A DNA stretch of 64,000 nucleotides from Bacteroidales bacterium (GTDB lineage: Bacteria; Bacteroidota; Bacteroidia; Bacteroidales; VadinHA17), in assembly GCA_038207725.1 (NCBI GenBank), contig JBBQZN010000001.1:3862-67861 (forward strand), in the 5' to 3' direction. How positions within the stretch are numbered: the first letter of the stretch is position 1; every line of letters begins with the position of its first letter. The position numbers were made by a program, and so were the translations under genes. Shown piece by piece: positions 29,643 to 38,061 of this stretch. The notes below the pieces were generated by a model. That model was not told the origin of the DNA. It saw only the letters and a program-made list of their open reading frames with translations, and did no database searches.

Positions 29643-30170
29643 TCAGCCTAAAATCCTTCTACAGCTACTGCAAAGGGAGTAACCCTTCTGATCAATGTCT
29701 TCAACATAGGTACTTGACTTCATTACGCAGGAAGGGGTATGGCAATGAATAAGACCATAAGTATGTCCCAGCTCATGGATTATCTCTTTTATAAACCGTT
29801 CATTAAGAAGCTTTTTATCTTCATCTATTCCGTATCTCTCGTTACTCAGTCTGTAATGCGAGGCTATGCCTGATCTTCCATTCAGGAATGCCTGTCCGAA
29901 AATATAAGTAAGGATCGGAATGTAAAGATCAACACTGAAAAGCCCTATTGTTTTAGATGAATCTGAAGCGAAGTAAGTTTCTAACTCTTTCAACAGTTTT
30001 CCTCCGTGGTATTGGCGCCGGGGAGGATCGTAGTACTCACTGAGATCGAGATGACCCTCTTTAAGACTTACTGAAACCATGAATTCTTTACTCACCGATT
30101 CAGCAACTTCATTAAGAAATTCATTTTCGAAATACCCGAAGGAAACCAGTGTAATGTTTTGCAGATTCAT
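29643..30170 (-). CDS. Archaemetzincin-family zinc metalloprotease
   Basis: HELGHTYGLIHCHTPSCVMKSS...CSSC fits the archaemetzincin signature HEXXHXXGX3CX4CXMX~17CXXC. Confidence 0.8.
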   Translation of the reverse strand: MNLQNITLVSFGYFENEFLNEVAESVSKEFMVSVSLKEGHLDLSEYYDPPRRQYHGGKLLKELETYFASDSSKTIGLFSVDLYIPILTYIFGQAFLNGRSGIASHYRLSNERYGIDEDKKLLNERFIKEIIHELGHTYGLIHCHTPSCVMKSSTYVEDIDQKGYSLCSSCRRILG

Positions 30171-30255
30171 TCAATAAAAAACATAGTAAGATGTTCAGAA
30201 AATGATGTAATTCGCACCTCCCTCCTTAATGAGGAGTACATCTTTCCTGATTGCC

Positions 30256-31596
30256 TTAATCAGTCTGTTTTAGACCGTATTTTGAAATTTTATTGTAAAG
30301 GGTTACCCTGTCAACCTGTAAAGCTTTGGCAGCACGTGAAATATTCCAGCCATATTTGTTAAGAATCTGAATGATATGGGTCTTCTCAATATCATCGAGA
30401 CTCTCAGCGGAACTGCTAACCATCGTTTTCTCCAGAGGGAGGTCCCTGAGAGTTATTTTCTTTCCATTACCAATAACAATTGCTCTTTCAATCATGTTTT
30501 CCAGTTCTCTGACATTCCCCGGGAAATTAAATTCTTCAAGACGGCTAAGGGCTGCCTGATCAATTGTTACCGGCGGCTTATTCATTGAAGTACAATATTT
30601 TCTGATAAAATACTCCACCAATAGAGGAATATCCTCAACCCTGTCGCGAAGAGGAGGCACATATATATTTACAACATTCAGCCTGTAATACAAATCTTCA
30701 CGGAAACTCCCTTTCTCCACCATACTCTTAAGATCTCTGTTTGTCGCACAGATGACTCTGAAATCGGAGGAAATCTCCTTGTTGCCTCCTACCCTGATGA
30801 ATTTCTTTGTTTCAAGTACCCTGAGCAGGTCAATCTGCATTTTAATTGAAATTGTTGCTATCTCATCCAGAAATATAGTGCCGTTATCAGCCATCTCAAA
30901 CCTTCCTTTTCTGTTGTACATAGCGCCCGTGAAAGCCCCTTTTTCATGTCCGAATAATTCACTCTCAAGAAGACTTTCAGTAAGAGCACCGCAGTGTACA
31001 CTAACAAGAGGAAAAAACCTGCGTGCTGAGTTGGAATGTATCGCTTTCGCAACCAGCTCTTTTCCTGTACCGCTCTCCCCTGTTATTACAACCGATGAAT
31101 TTGACTGGGCAACACTTTCAATCTCTTTCAGGACAGCCTTTATGTTTTCACTTTTGCCAATAAGATCTTCCACATTTTCCAGCGATACAACCTTATTCTT
31201 AAGTGTCTCATTCTCATCGGCGAGGGAAATCTGTCTTGATGCATTCCTGATCAGATGAGACAGATCATCCGGGTCAAAAGGCTTTGTAATATAATCGAAT
31301 GCACCATCCTTCAATGCCTGAACAGCAGTATCAACAGTAGCAAATGCAGTCATTACAATAACGATTGAATCAGCCTTAATATGTTTAATCCTTCTGAGCA
31401 TCTCAAGCCCGTCCATCCCGGGCATTTTAATATCAGCTAGGATGATATCGTAACTTTCTGTTTCCAGCATTAAAAGCGCCGTTTTGGCATTTTCCGCACT
31501 ATTAACATGGTAACCATCCTCTATAAACCAGCTATACAATGATTCTCTAACTGATTCCTCATCATCGACTATCAGAATTGAAATTTTTTTCGCCAT
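30256..31596 (-). CDS. Sigma-54-dependent response regulator (REC-AAA+-HTH, NtrC family)
   Basis: REC domain (ILIVDDE...DIILADIKMPGMDG), Walker A GESGTGKE, the sigma-54 contact loop GAFTGA, and a C-terminal Fis-type HTH. Confidence 0.9.
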   Translation of the reverse strand: MAKKISILIVDDEESVRESLYSWFIEDGYHVNSAENAKTALLMLETESYDIILADIKMPGMDGLEMLRRIKHIKADSIVIVMTAFATVDTAVQALKDGAFDYITKPFDPDDLSHLIRNASRQISLADENETLKNKVVSLENVEDLIGKSENIKAVLKEIESVAQSNSSVVITGESGTGKELVAKAIHSNSARRFFPLVSVHCGALTESLLESELFGHEKGAFTGAMYNRKGRFEMADNGTIFLDEIATISIKMQIDLLRVLETKKFIRVGGNKEISSDFRVICATNRDLKSMVEKGSFREDLYYRLNVVNIYVPPLRDRVEDIPLLVEYFIRKYCTSMNKPPVTIDQAALSRLEEFNFPGNVRELENMIERAIVIGNGKKITLRDLPLEKTMVSSSAESLDDIEKTHIIQILNKYGWNISRAAKALQVDRVTLYNKISKYGLKQTD

Positions 31597-31607
31597 GATT
31601 TTTTCTC

Positions 31608-33284
31608 CTAAATTCTGATTATTGGTAGTGTTATTGAAATAGTCGTTCCTTTTCCAAGTTCAGATTTGACATCGATCTTTCCGTTGTGGCTTTTAATTAT
31701 TCCATGAACAATCGCAAGACCCAGACCTATTCCGCTTGTGTCATGCTTTGTTGAGAAGAATGGCTGAAAGATATGAGGGGTATCGTCTTCCGGTATGCCA
31801 ATCCCGTTATCAGAAATATCAATCTTTACAGTTTCGGCATCGGGATTAGATGTTGAGATCGTTATTTCACCGTTTTCAAGTACAGCCTCTGTTGCATTAA
31901 CAAGTAAGGCGACGCAGGCCTGTTTAATCTGATTTGGACTGCAGAATACGAGATCGGATTTCGCAGCAAGATCAATATGAAATCCTAAATTGGCTATCCT
32001 GATCGGATGAGACATAAGCTCATAGGTGTCCTGCAAAATCTTATGAAGATGCTTTGATTCAAAATCTTCCTGATCTTTTCTTGAAAAATCAAGTAAGCCT
32101 TTTACTATCTCCCCGCATCTTTTAGTTTCATTTTCTATTAGTTTAAGATGCTTCAGGATTGTTGCCTTCTTTGCTTCATTAAGATCGGGATTGCTAAGCT
32201 GCTTATGAATTAGTTTTGTATAAACCAGTATCCCCGAAAGCGGATTATTTATTTCATGAGCAACAGAAGATGATAATTTACCCAGCGAAGCTATTCTCTC
32301 TATATGAATTAGTTCGTTCTGTGCTGCTCCCAGCTCTTCCGATTTTTTCTGTACCTTGTATTCAAGTTGTTGTGACCAGTTCTGAAGTTCCTCCGTAGCT
32401 GACTGAAGATTGTCGAGCATATCATTAAAAGCATGCGAAACCATCCTCATATCATCGAGCTGATTTGGTTTTATTTCCAGCCTGGTCTTCTTATTCCCGT
32501 TAGAAACGGCAATACTTGCTCTTATTATGTCGTTCAACGGATTCTTAATTTTTTTCCTGGTGAAAAAGATCAGCACAGAAACAAGCAGTAATGTCGAAAA
32601 AGTTGCAAGCAGATAGAACCGCGACGAAGATTTTGCTACAGCATTATCGAGATCGTACAGAGGAAGTTTTATCACCAGAGAACCCAGAACCTCATCACTC
32701 TCACTATGTGCGTGACATTCACTTGTCCAGCATGATTTTTCATTCAGGATCGGAGAGCGGATGAGAAGATGTCTGTGAGAATTGTCATTATCATTCATAC
32801 TGCACTCACTGTTTATTTCAATTATCCTGTATGACTTCTCCTTTCGGGGAAACATACTCTGCAGATTGGAATGACAACTTATGCAGTCAGGATTGCTGTG
32901 TGTAGTTGTGTCAGAGGAGAACGATGAATACACAAGGCTGTCTTTGTCATCATACATATTCACTTCGTCAATACCTGACATTGTATTAATAACGTCAAGA
33001 GTGCCCTGAAGAGTACTTTTATTATTTTCTAGCATAGAATGATAGAGGGAGCCTTCAACAATGGAACCTATATTGTTCCCATTCTGACGAATAACTGTAT
33101 TGAGGTTCTGCTCATAAACAGAACGGAAAATGAATCCGAAAAGGACAAACAGTATTATACACGAGAGTGTTATAATATAGACCACACGGCTATATATGGA
33201 AGAACGGAACCTGACATACTTCCCAAGAAATGTCAGGAATCGGTTCTTTTTAGTATTAACACTCTCTGAATGAATCACTTGCAA
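31608..33284 (-). CDS. Sensor histidine kinase with a Cys/His-rich periplasmic domain (CXXCH, CX4CH)
   Basis: Two TM segments (~aa 34-55 and 224-242) flank a loop containing CISCH and CWTSECH. Then HAMP-like, HisKA (SVAHEINNPL) and HATPase (GIGLGLAIV) regions. Confidence 0.85.
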   Translation of the reverse strand: MQVIHSESVNTKKNRFLTFLGKYVRFRSSIYSRVVYIITLSCIILFVLFGFIFRSVYEQNLNTVIRQNGNNIGSIVEGSLYHSMLENNKSTLQGTLDVINTMSGIDEVNMYDDKDSLVYSSFSSDTTTHSNPDCISCHSNLQSMFPRKEKSYRIIEINSECSMNDNDNSHRHLLIRSPILNEKSCWTSECHAHSESDEVLGSLVIKLPLYDLDNAVAKSSSRFYLLATFSTLLLVSVLIFFTRKKIKNPLNDIIRASIAVSNGNKKTRLEIKPNQLDDMRMVSHAFNDMLDNLQSATEELQNWSQQLEYKVQKKSEELGAAQNELIHIERIASLGKLSSSVAHEINNPLSGILVYTKLIHKQLSNPDLNEAKKATILKHLKLIENETKRCGEIVKGLLDFSRKDQEDFESKHLHKILQDTYELMSHPIRIANLGFHIDLAAKSDLVFCSPNQIKQACVALLVNATEAVLENGEITISTSNPDAETVKIDISDNGIGIPEDDTPHIFQPFFSTKHDTSGIGLGLAIVHGIIKSHNGKIDVKSELGKGTTISITLPIIRI

Positions 33285-33368
33285 TTGTGCTGAATATTAA
33301 TCTACTTAAGTTAAGCTAAGGCAAAACCTATAGTCAGATAAAGTATTTATCTGAATTTTTCAGCAGCT

Positions 33369-34079
33369 CTAATTTAGGAAAGATTTCTGAAAATCCTGCC
33401 ATACTTCATCAGGTAGTTCACGAAGTGGATTATCGCAGAATTCGCCTCCATCCTGCAAAACAAGAACAGAGCTTTCAGGTGAATTCTTTACAACAGAATG
33501 TGCCAGAAAATCCTTAAACCGGTCAAGCTCCTTCTTAACCCATGCAACTGCATCATCTGCAAGATAATAAGTACTTGTTTCAGTTTTCCATTCAGATGGT
33601 TTTACCTTATAAACCCATCCCATTCCATATGGATCGGCATTAAGGATTTCCGGGTTTTCAATAAGCCTGCTATTGGTATCTGTAATAGTTCCCGATAAAG
33701 GTGAATAGACCTTAAGGCGTTTCCCATCCTGCTCAATTAATGCCAGTTGTTCGCCTTTCTTAATAAAAGCACCACGTTCTTTAATCTCAGTAATTTGAAC
33801 ATCCCCGGTAGCATGAACGAGAAAATCACCCAAACCAATCATGGCATTGCCCGATCTTTCAAGGTGAGCCCATGTATGGTTTTTGCTGTAAAAGACTCCC
33901 TGCGGGATTCTTATAATTCCGGCAGACAGTATCCCTGCTGCCCTGCTGACACTCCCTTTTATAGATCCGCGCCTGTTAATCATAATCCAGAATGGGATTA
34001 TCAACAGCAGAAAAGTTATGATTATTATGTATTCAATTCCTTTTGTCTCAAAAATATTTGTATAACTGAAGCCTTCCAT
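33369..34079 (-). CDS. Membrane-anchored GcvH-like (glycine-cleavage H fold) protein
   Basis: One N-terminal TM (IIIITFLLLIIPFWIMI) followed by NRRGSIKG. Then HTWAHLERSG...GLGDF...YSPLSGTI...NADPYGMGWVYKVKP, which is GcvH-like. Confidence 0.7.
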   Translation of the reverse strand: MEGFSYTNIFETKGIEYIIIITFLLLIIPFWIMINRRGSIKGSVSRAAGILSAGIIRIPQGVFYSKNHTWAHLERSGNAMIGLGDFLVHATGDVQITEIKERGAFIKKGEQLALIEQDGKRLKVYSPLSGTITDTNSRLIENPEILNADPYGMGWVYKVKPSEWKTETSTYYLADDAVAWVKKELDRFKDFLAHSVVKNSPESSVLVLQDGGEFCDNPLRELPDEVWQDFQKSFLN

Positions 34080-34118
34080 TTTTATCTGATTTTATGTCTG
34101 TACTTATTTACAGACTGG

Positions 34119-35390
34119 TTAATTATTTTCCTCTTTTGCCCATGTTGGAGATTCTCTTAGAACCGGCAATCTGTTGACCACCCATCTGAAGATCCAGATT
34201 TCTGTAAAAATCACGGCAAGTGTTACCACCAGTTCCATCCATGTCGGGATATATCTGATTGCCGCATCCCATCTGAAACCAATAACAGTGACATTGAGCC
34301 TGTTAATTATGACGCCAATCATTGTAACAATAGCGGCAATCTTAACAAGATTAATATTTTTCTTTCTGTAACTGGTAAAGAAAAGCATCATAGGAAGAAT
34401 TATAAAAACTATCATTTCTGTCAGATACCAATATCCTAATGGTGAATCGAGATATGTCCACCTCTTACCATGAACAAATACCAGAACCTGAAGAAAAAAG
34501 TATGCAAACATAGCTACCGAGCAAATTTTCGAGAGACCAATAACAATTCCGTTGTGTGCCTTATGGTTTTTCTCGCTTATCTGATCGGAGAAAACCTTAT
34601 TGCTGATCGATCCTTCAAAAATAACCATTGAGAGTCCGGCAAAAACACTTGATACAAAAAACATAATTGGAATAAACTCCGAATACCAGAGTGGGTGTAT
34701 CTTATCCTTTGCCATAAGGTAAAGTGCTCCAAGACCCGACTGATGAAGTGTTGAAAGAGTAATGCCGAATATCACAGCAGCAACAGTCATTCCCGATAAT
34801 ATTTTTCTGGCCCTTTTAGCTCCAAGCCATTCGGCTATTGCCGGAGAAAATTCGATAAGCTGAGCTATCATATAGAGCAAAAAATGCCATGCAACCAGAA
34901 AGAGTACCGAACTGGTGCCAAAGCTGTTACCTATGATCGGATTTATTACATTCCACGGACGTCCAAGGTCGAGAAGAAGGGCACCTGCATAGAAAACGTA
35001 TGCAAGAAATCCGTTGAGAACTGTAATCCTGACGATGGAATGGTATTTCTTCATATTAAGGATGTAAAACATAAAGGTGAGGACATAGGCTCCACCTGCA
35101 AAAGCGACACCAGTAACTACATCAAACCCAATCCATAAACCCCAGGGAACTTCCTGTGTCAGGTTTGTCACTGCTCCTAATCCTTTCCAGAATCTTATGA
35201 CAATAAGGGCCAGACCCAGTATGATTATCGGAATTGAGATAATATTAAAAGGGGTCAGAAACTTGCCTCTTGGTTTCATTTCTCCAACCAGGAAATTCCA
35301 GATGGATTTTCCATCATTGTCTTTAGCTAAAATATATTCAGATTTAATCATGATCTTCAGAAGTGAGGTGTTTATCTTTTGTTGCTTCAC
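34119..35390 (-). CDS. NrfD/PsrC-family polytopic membrane protein (quinone-interacting subunit)
   Basis: About 10 TM segments with NrfD-like length and hydropathy, directly downstream of a Tat 4Fe-4S protein. An alternative ATG at 35351 overlaps the upstream stop codon in ATGATTAA. Confidence 0.8.
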   Translation of the reverse strand: MKQQKINTSLLKIMIKSEYILAKDNDGKSIWNFLVGEMKPRGKFLTPFNIISIPIIILGLALIVIRFWKGLGAVTNLTQEVPWGLWIGFDVVTGVAFAGGAYVLTFMFYILNMKKYHSIVRITVLNGFLAYVFYAGALLLDLGRPWNVINPIIGNSFGTSSVLFLVAWHFLLYMIAQLIEFSPAIAEWLGAKRARKILSGMTVAAVIFGITLSTLHQSGLGALYLMAKDKIHPLWYSEFIPIMFFVSSVFAGLSMVIFEGSISNKVFSDQISEKNHKAHNGIVIGLSKICSVAMFAYFFLQVLVFVHGKRWTYLDSPLGYWYLTEMIVFIILPMMLFFTSYRKKNINLVKIAAIVTMIGVIINRLNVTVIGFRWDAAIRYIPTWMELVVTLAVIFTEIWIFRWVVNRLPVLRESPTWAKEENN

Positions 35391-36207
35391 GTATTCCCAG
35401 TAAGATTGCAGGCCATAACACGAATATTGATGGTACTGCGTAAAGGAATCCTTTTGAAAGAGAGGGGTATGACTCTGTCTGAATATTGGTATTCAGTCCC
35501 AGTTCCTTAAACGGTACACCAGCCAGATAAAGGAAACCGGTCCCACCCGCTTCATGTTCTCCATATATATGATCTATGTATTGTTCAGGGTTATCATTTA
35601 TTCTTTTCCTGGCCACCTTAATAAGTTCCCTGCGGGTTCCGTAAACCAGAGCCCCGGCCGGGCAATTCTCTACACAGGCGGGTAGCTTTCCTTCCTGAAG
35701 TCTGCCGTAGCACATATTGCATTTTTCGATTTTGGGATTAGCACTATGATATTCGAACTTTGGTACATCAAAAGGACAGGAAACCATACAATAGCGGCAA
35801 CCCATGCATTTATCGGCTCTCCATATCACTGCTCCTTCCTTTGTTTTGTACATTGCCTGAGTGAGACATGCTGCAGTACAAGCAGGCTCATTACAGTGCA
35901 TACATTGCTTTTTAAGATAAGTTTCTCCCTTCTCTGTGTTGAAAGCATTAACAACAGTACGGTGAAGCTCATCAGTATTTCTTATTACACCTGCCTGAAT
36001 AGCATCTGCAGGTGCCGGTAAATTGTTAGCTTCAGCACATGATGATTCGCATGTCTGGCAACCTGCACAGAGCGTCGAATCATATAATATTCCTGTGAAT
36101 TCAATATCACCTTTCTCAGAAGTCGCGCCTTTTAATGCTTTCCCGGAAGCCAAGGCAACACCGGTTACCCCTACCACCCTGAAAAAATTCCTTCTATTCA
36201 ATGCCAT
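35344..36207 (-). CDS. Tat-exported 4x[4Fe-4S] ferredoxin subunit (NrfC/HybA/DsrO-like) with a C-terminal TM anchor
   Basis: Twin-arginine signal MALNRRNFFRVVG. Four Cys clusters (CAGCQTCESSC; CMHCNEPAC; CMGCRYCMVSCP; CNMC...CVENCP). Hydrophobic C-terminal helix SIFVLWPAILLGI. Confidence 0.85.
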   Translation of the reverse strand: MALNRRNFFRVVGVTGVALASGKALKGATSEKGDIEFTGILYDSTLCAGCQTCESSCAEANNLPAPADAIQAGVIRNTDELHRTVVNAFNTEKGETYLKKQCMHCNEPACTAACLTQAMYKTKEGAVIWRADKCMGCRYCMVSCPFDVPKFEYHSANPKIEKCNMCYGRLQEGKLPACVENCPAGALVYGTRRELIKVARKRINDNPEQYIDHIYGEHEAGGTGFLYLAGVPFKELGLNTNIQTESYPSLSKGFLYAVPSIFVLWPAILLGIREATKDKHLTSEDHD

Positions 36208-36225
36208 AATAGTTGATTCTAATAA

Positions 36226-37938
36226 TTAATACATTTCATAAAACCAAAGTTGTCTTGAAGAATCAATGAACTTTGTCTGGAAATCTTCCCAGACTTCAGG
36301 TCCGAGTTCTGACAGGGGAGCATCGGAAAGTTCGCCTCCATCCTGAAGAATAACCGTAGCATACATATTTGATTCGCCCTGCAGGGAGCTTGAAAGAAAG
36401 TCTTTCAGTCTTGAAAATTCTTTTACAATAAACTGTTTTTGTTTCTCAGCCATAAAAAGCAGTTGATTTTCTTTAACCCAGTTTGTAGGTTCGATCCTGT
36501 ATATCCATCCTTCAGAATAAGGACTCGTATTAATCAGAGACGAGTTTACCTCGAGGATACTATTATGTTCTAATATCGTTCCCGATATCGGAGCGTAAAG
36601 ATTAAGTTGTTTCCCGTTGTGAATTACAGACAGTATAATATCTCCTTTCTTAACTTCTTCACCAGTTTTTTTCATCTTGATCCGGGTAATAGCTCCGGTA
36701 ACATGCTGTAGAAAATCATCGATCCCAACCTTCACAACTCCGCTCTGTTCCATGAAGGCCCAGGTATGGGTTTTGTCGAAATAAAGACCTTTCGGAATTA
36801 TTATTGTTTTCTCATTTAGAACCTCTTTTACAGTATTCACAACAGGGCTGATAAGGGCCTTTCTGCCTCTGAAATATCTTAGGACAAGATCAACTGTAAG
36901 TACAAGCACCATCAGAACTATAAAAATTATAAACAATGATTTAAAAACAGAAGTTTTGCTCCCGGTTACAACAGGCTGAATCTGTGCATTCAATAGCTTA
37001 TCAATGGCACTCAGTCGTTCGCTTGCCAGCAAATCGGTGTAGCCGATTCCGTTCAGGTACTGTTGACCGTCTGACAAAATCCATTTTACAAAAGCAGTCG
37101 CACCCTCATTCTGCGGAGTTAAAGCGCTTACTGTGTAAACATTATTGATAAGTGTTTTTGGATATTTTCCGATCCATACGCCTCTTGTAAATGCATTCAG
37201 GTCGCTGTAAATATCCTCGTTTGATTCAAGTATGCCATTGTTGTTCCTGTCGATCGGCAGCAGCTTAAGGTTTGCCGTAAGAGTCTGTTTCTGAAAATCG
37301 ACAATGCTTACCAGACTGCAAAATGCAATTGCCATCGGGTTATTCTTAACTGCATCAATCAATTCACGGCTGGTTTGTACTTCAATGCATGTGACCGGCT
37401 TGTTGCCGGTTGAAAGAAAACCACTAATGTTTTCTGACATTGATTTGTTATTCAGTAAATAAACTTTTACTTCATCTCTGGCATCATTGGCAAGAAGCTT
37501 ACCCCACCTTGGAACATCGGATGATGTGAGCAGATTTCCCAGAGCAACAGGAGAAATGCCCTTTTCGTTCAGAACAGAGAGGAAAGGGTTATTTTCATTT
37601 ATTACAGGAACAATTATATCGCGACCGGCAACGGTGGTATATAACGAATTACCTTCCATCATTCTGATTTCATTTCCTCCGACAATTCCAATATCGTTGC
37701 TTTTCAGGCTGAATTCAGCGCTGTTTCCGGACGATATTTTTTCAACAGCAACCAGAGTGCCCGTATTTAAACGGTTATACTCTGCAGCAAATACAGAAGA
37801 CAGAGTGAAAAGATCCTGATCGGCGAGAACCTTAATTGTATCCTTTCCTGCCTGATAGCTTACTGAGTAGTTATCATTACTAATTAAGGCATTGTGAAAC
37901 AGGAAGAGGCTGAATAATAAACAAACTGCTTTTTTCAT
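36226..37938 (-). CDS. Signal peptide + PstS-like periplasmic binding domain + TM + C-terminal GcvH-like domain
   Basis: I chose the ATG at 37938 (MKKAVCLLFSLFLF). The PBP_like_2-type pattern is GRDIIVPVINENNP..., AIAFCSL and FVKWILSDGQQYL. The TM is SLFIIFIVLMVLVLTVDLVL followed by RYFRGRK. Then THTWAFMEQSG...YAPISGTI...PYSEGWIYRIEP. Confidence 0.7.
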   Translation of the reverse strand: MKKAVCLLFSLFLFHNALISNDNYSVSYQAGKDTIKVLADQDLFTLSSVFAAEYNRLNTGTLVAVEKISSGNSAEFSLKSNDIGIVGGNEIRMMEGNSLYTTVAGRDIIVPVINENNPFLSVLNEKGISPVALGNLLTSSDVPRWGKLLANDARDEVKVYLLNNKSMSENISGFLSTGNKPVTCIEVQTSRELIDAVKNNPMAIAFCSLVSIVDFQKQTLTANLKLLPIDRNNNGILESNEDIYSDLNAFTRGVWIGKYPKTLINNVYTVSALTPQNEGATAFVKWILSDGQQYLNGIGYTDLLASERLSAIDKLLNAQIQPVVTGSKTSVFKSLFIIFIVLMVLVLTVDLVLRYFRGRKALISPVVNTVKEVLNEKTIIIPKGLYFDKTHTWAFMEQSGVVKVGIDDFLQHVTGAITRIKMKKTGEEVKKGDIILSVIHNGKQLNLYAPISGTILEHNSILEVNSSLINTSPYSEGWIYRIEPTNWVKENQLLFMAEKQKQFIVKEFSRLKDFLSSSLQGESNMYATVILQDGGELSDAPLSELGPEVWEDFQTKFIDSSRQLWFYEMY

Positions 37939-38010
37939 TTTCCTTGTATTATAGTTTATTCTGTTGTTGTTAAAAAAATCTGTGATGCTTTTAAAATACA
38001 TCATCAGACT

Positions 38011-38028
38011 ATTCAACTATAATGCCAA
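38011..38028 (-). promoter_or_regulatory. Candidate sigma-54 (-24/-12) promoter
   Basis: Minus strand reads TTGGCATTATAGTTGAAT, compared with the consensus TGGCAC-N5-TTGCW. The GG and TTG elements are correctly spaced, and -12 reads GA instead of GC. It lies about 75 nt upstream of the ATG at 37938. Confidence 0.45.
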
Positions 38029-38061
38029 GGTTGAAAACGGAAGATATGTTACTGATTATAT

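Noticed and set aside
30159-30362. 67-aa plus-strand ORF spanning the archaemetzincin/activator spacer
   Set aside because: It overlaps the starts or ends of two well-supported minus-strand genes, has no recognisable motif and shows atypical composition.
33334-33354. 9-bp perfect hairpin (TCAGATAAA/TTTATCTGA) between the GcvH-like gene and the sensor kinase, considered as an internal terminator
   Set aside because: The stem is AT-rich, and the T-tract lies on the plus strand, where no gene is transcribed. On the coding (minus) strand no U-run follows. It may still be an RNA processing site, but that is unsupported.
37939-38016. TTG-start extension of the PBP-GcvH-like ORF
   Set aside because: It would run into the sigma-54-like promoter and puts 26 non-hydrophobic residues in front of an otherwise typical signal peptide starting MKKAVCLLF.
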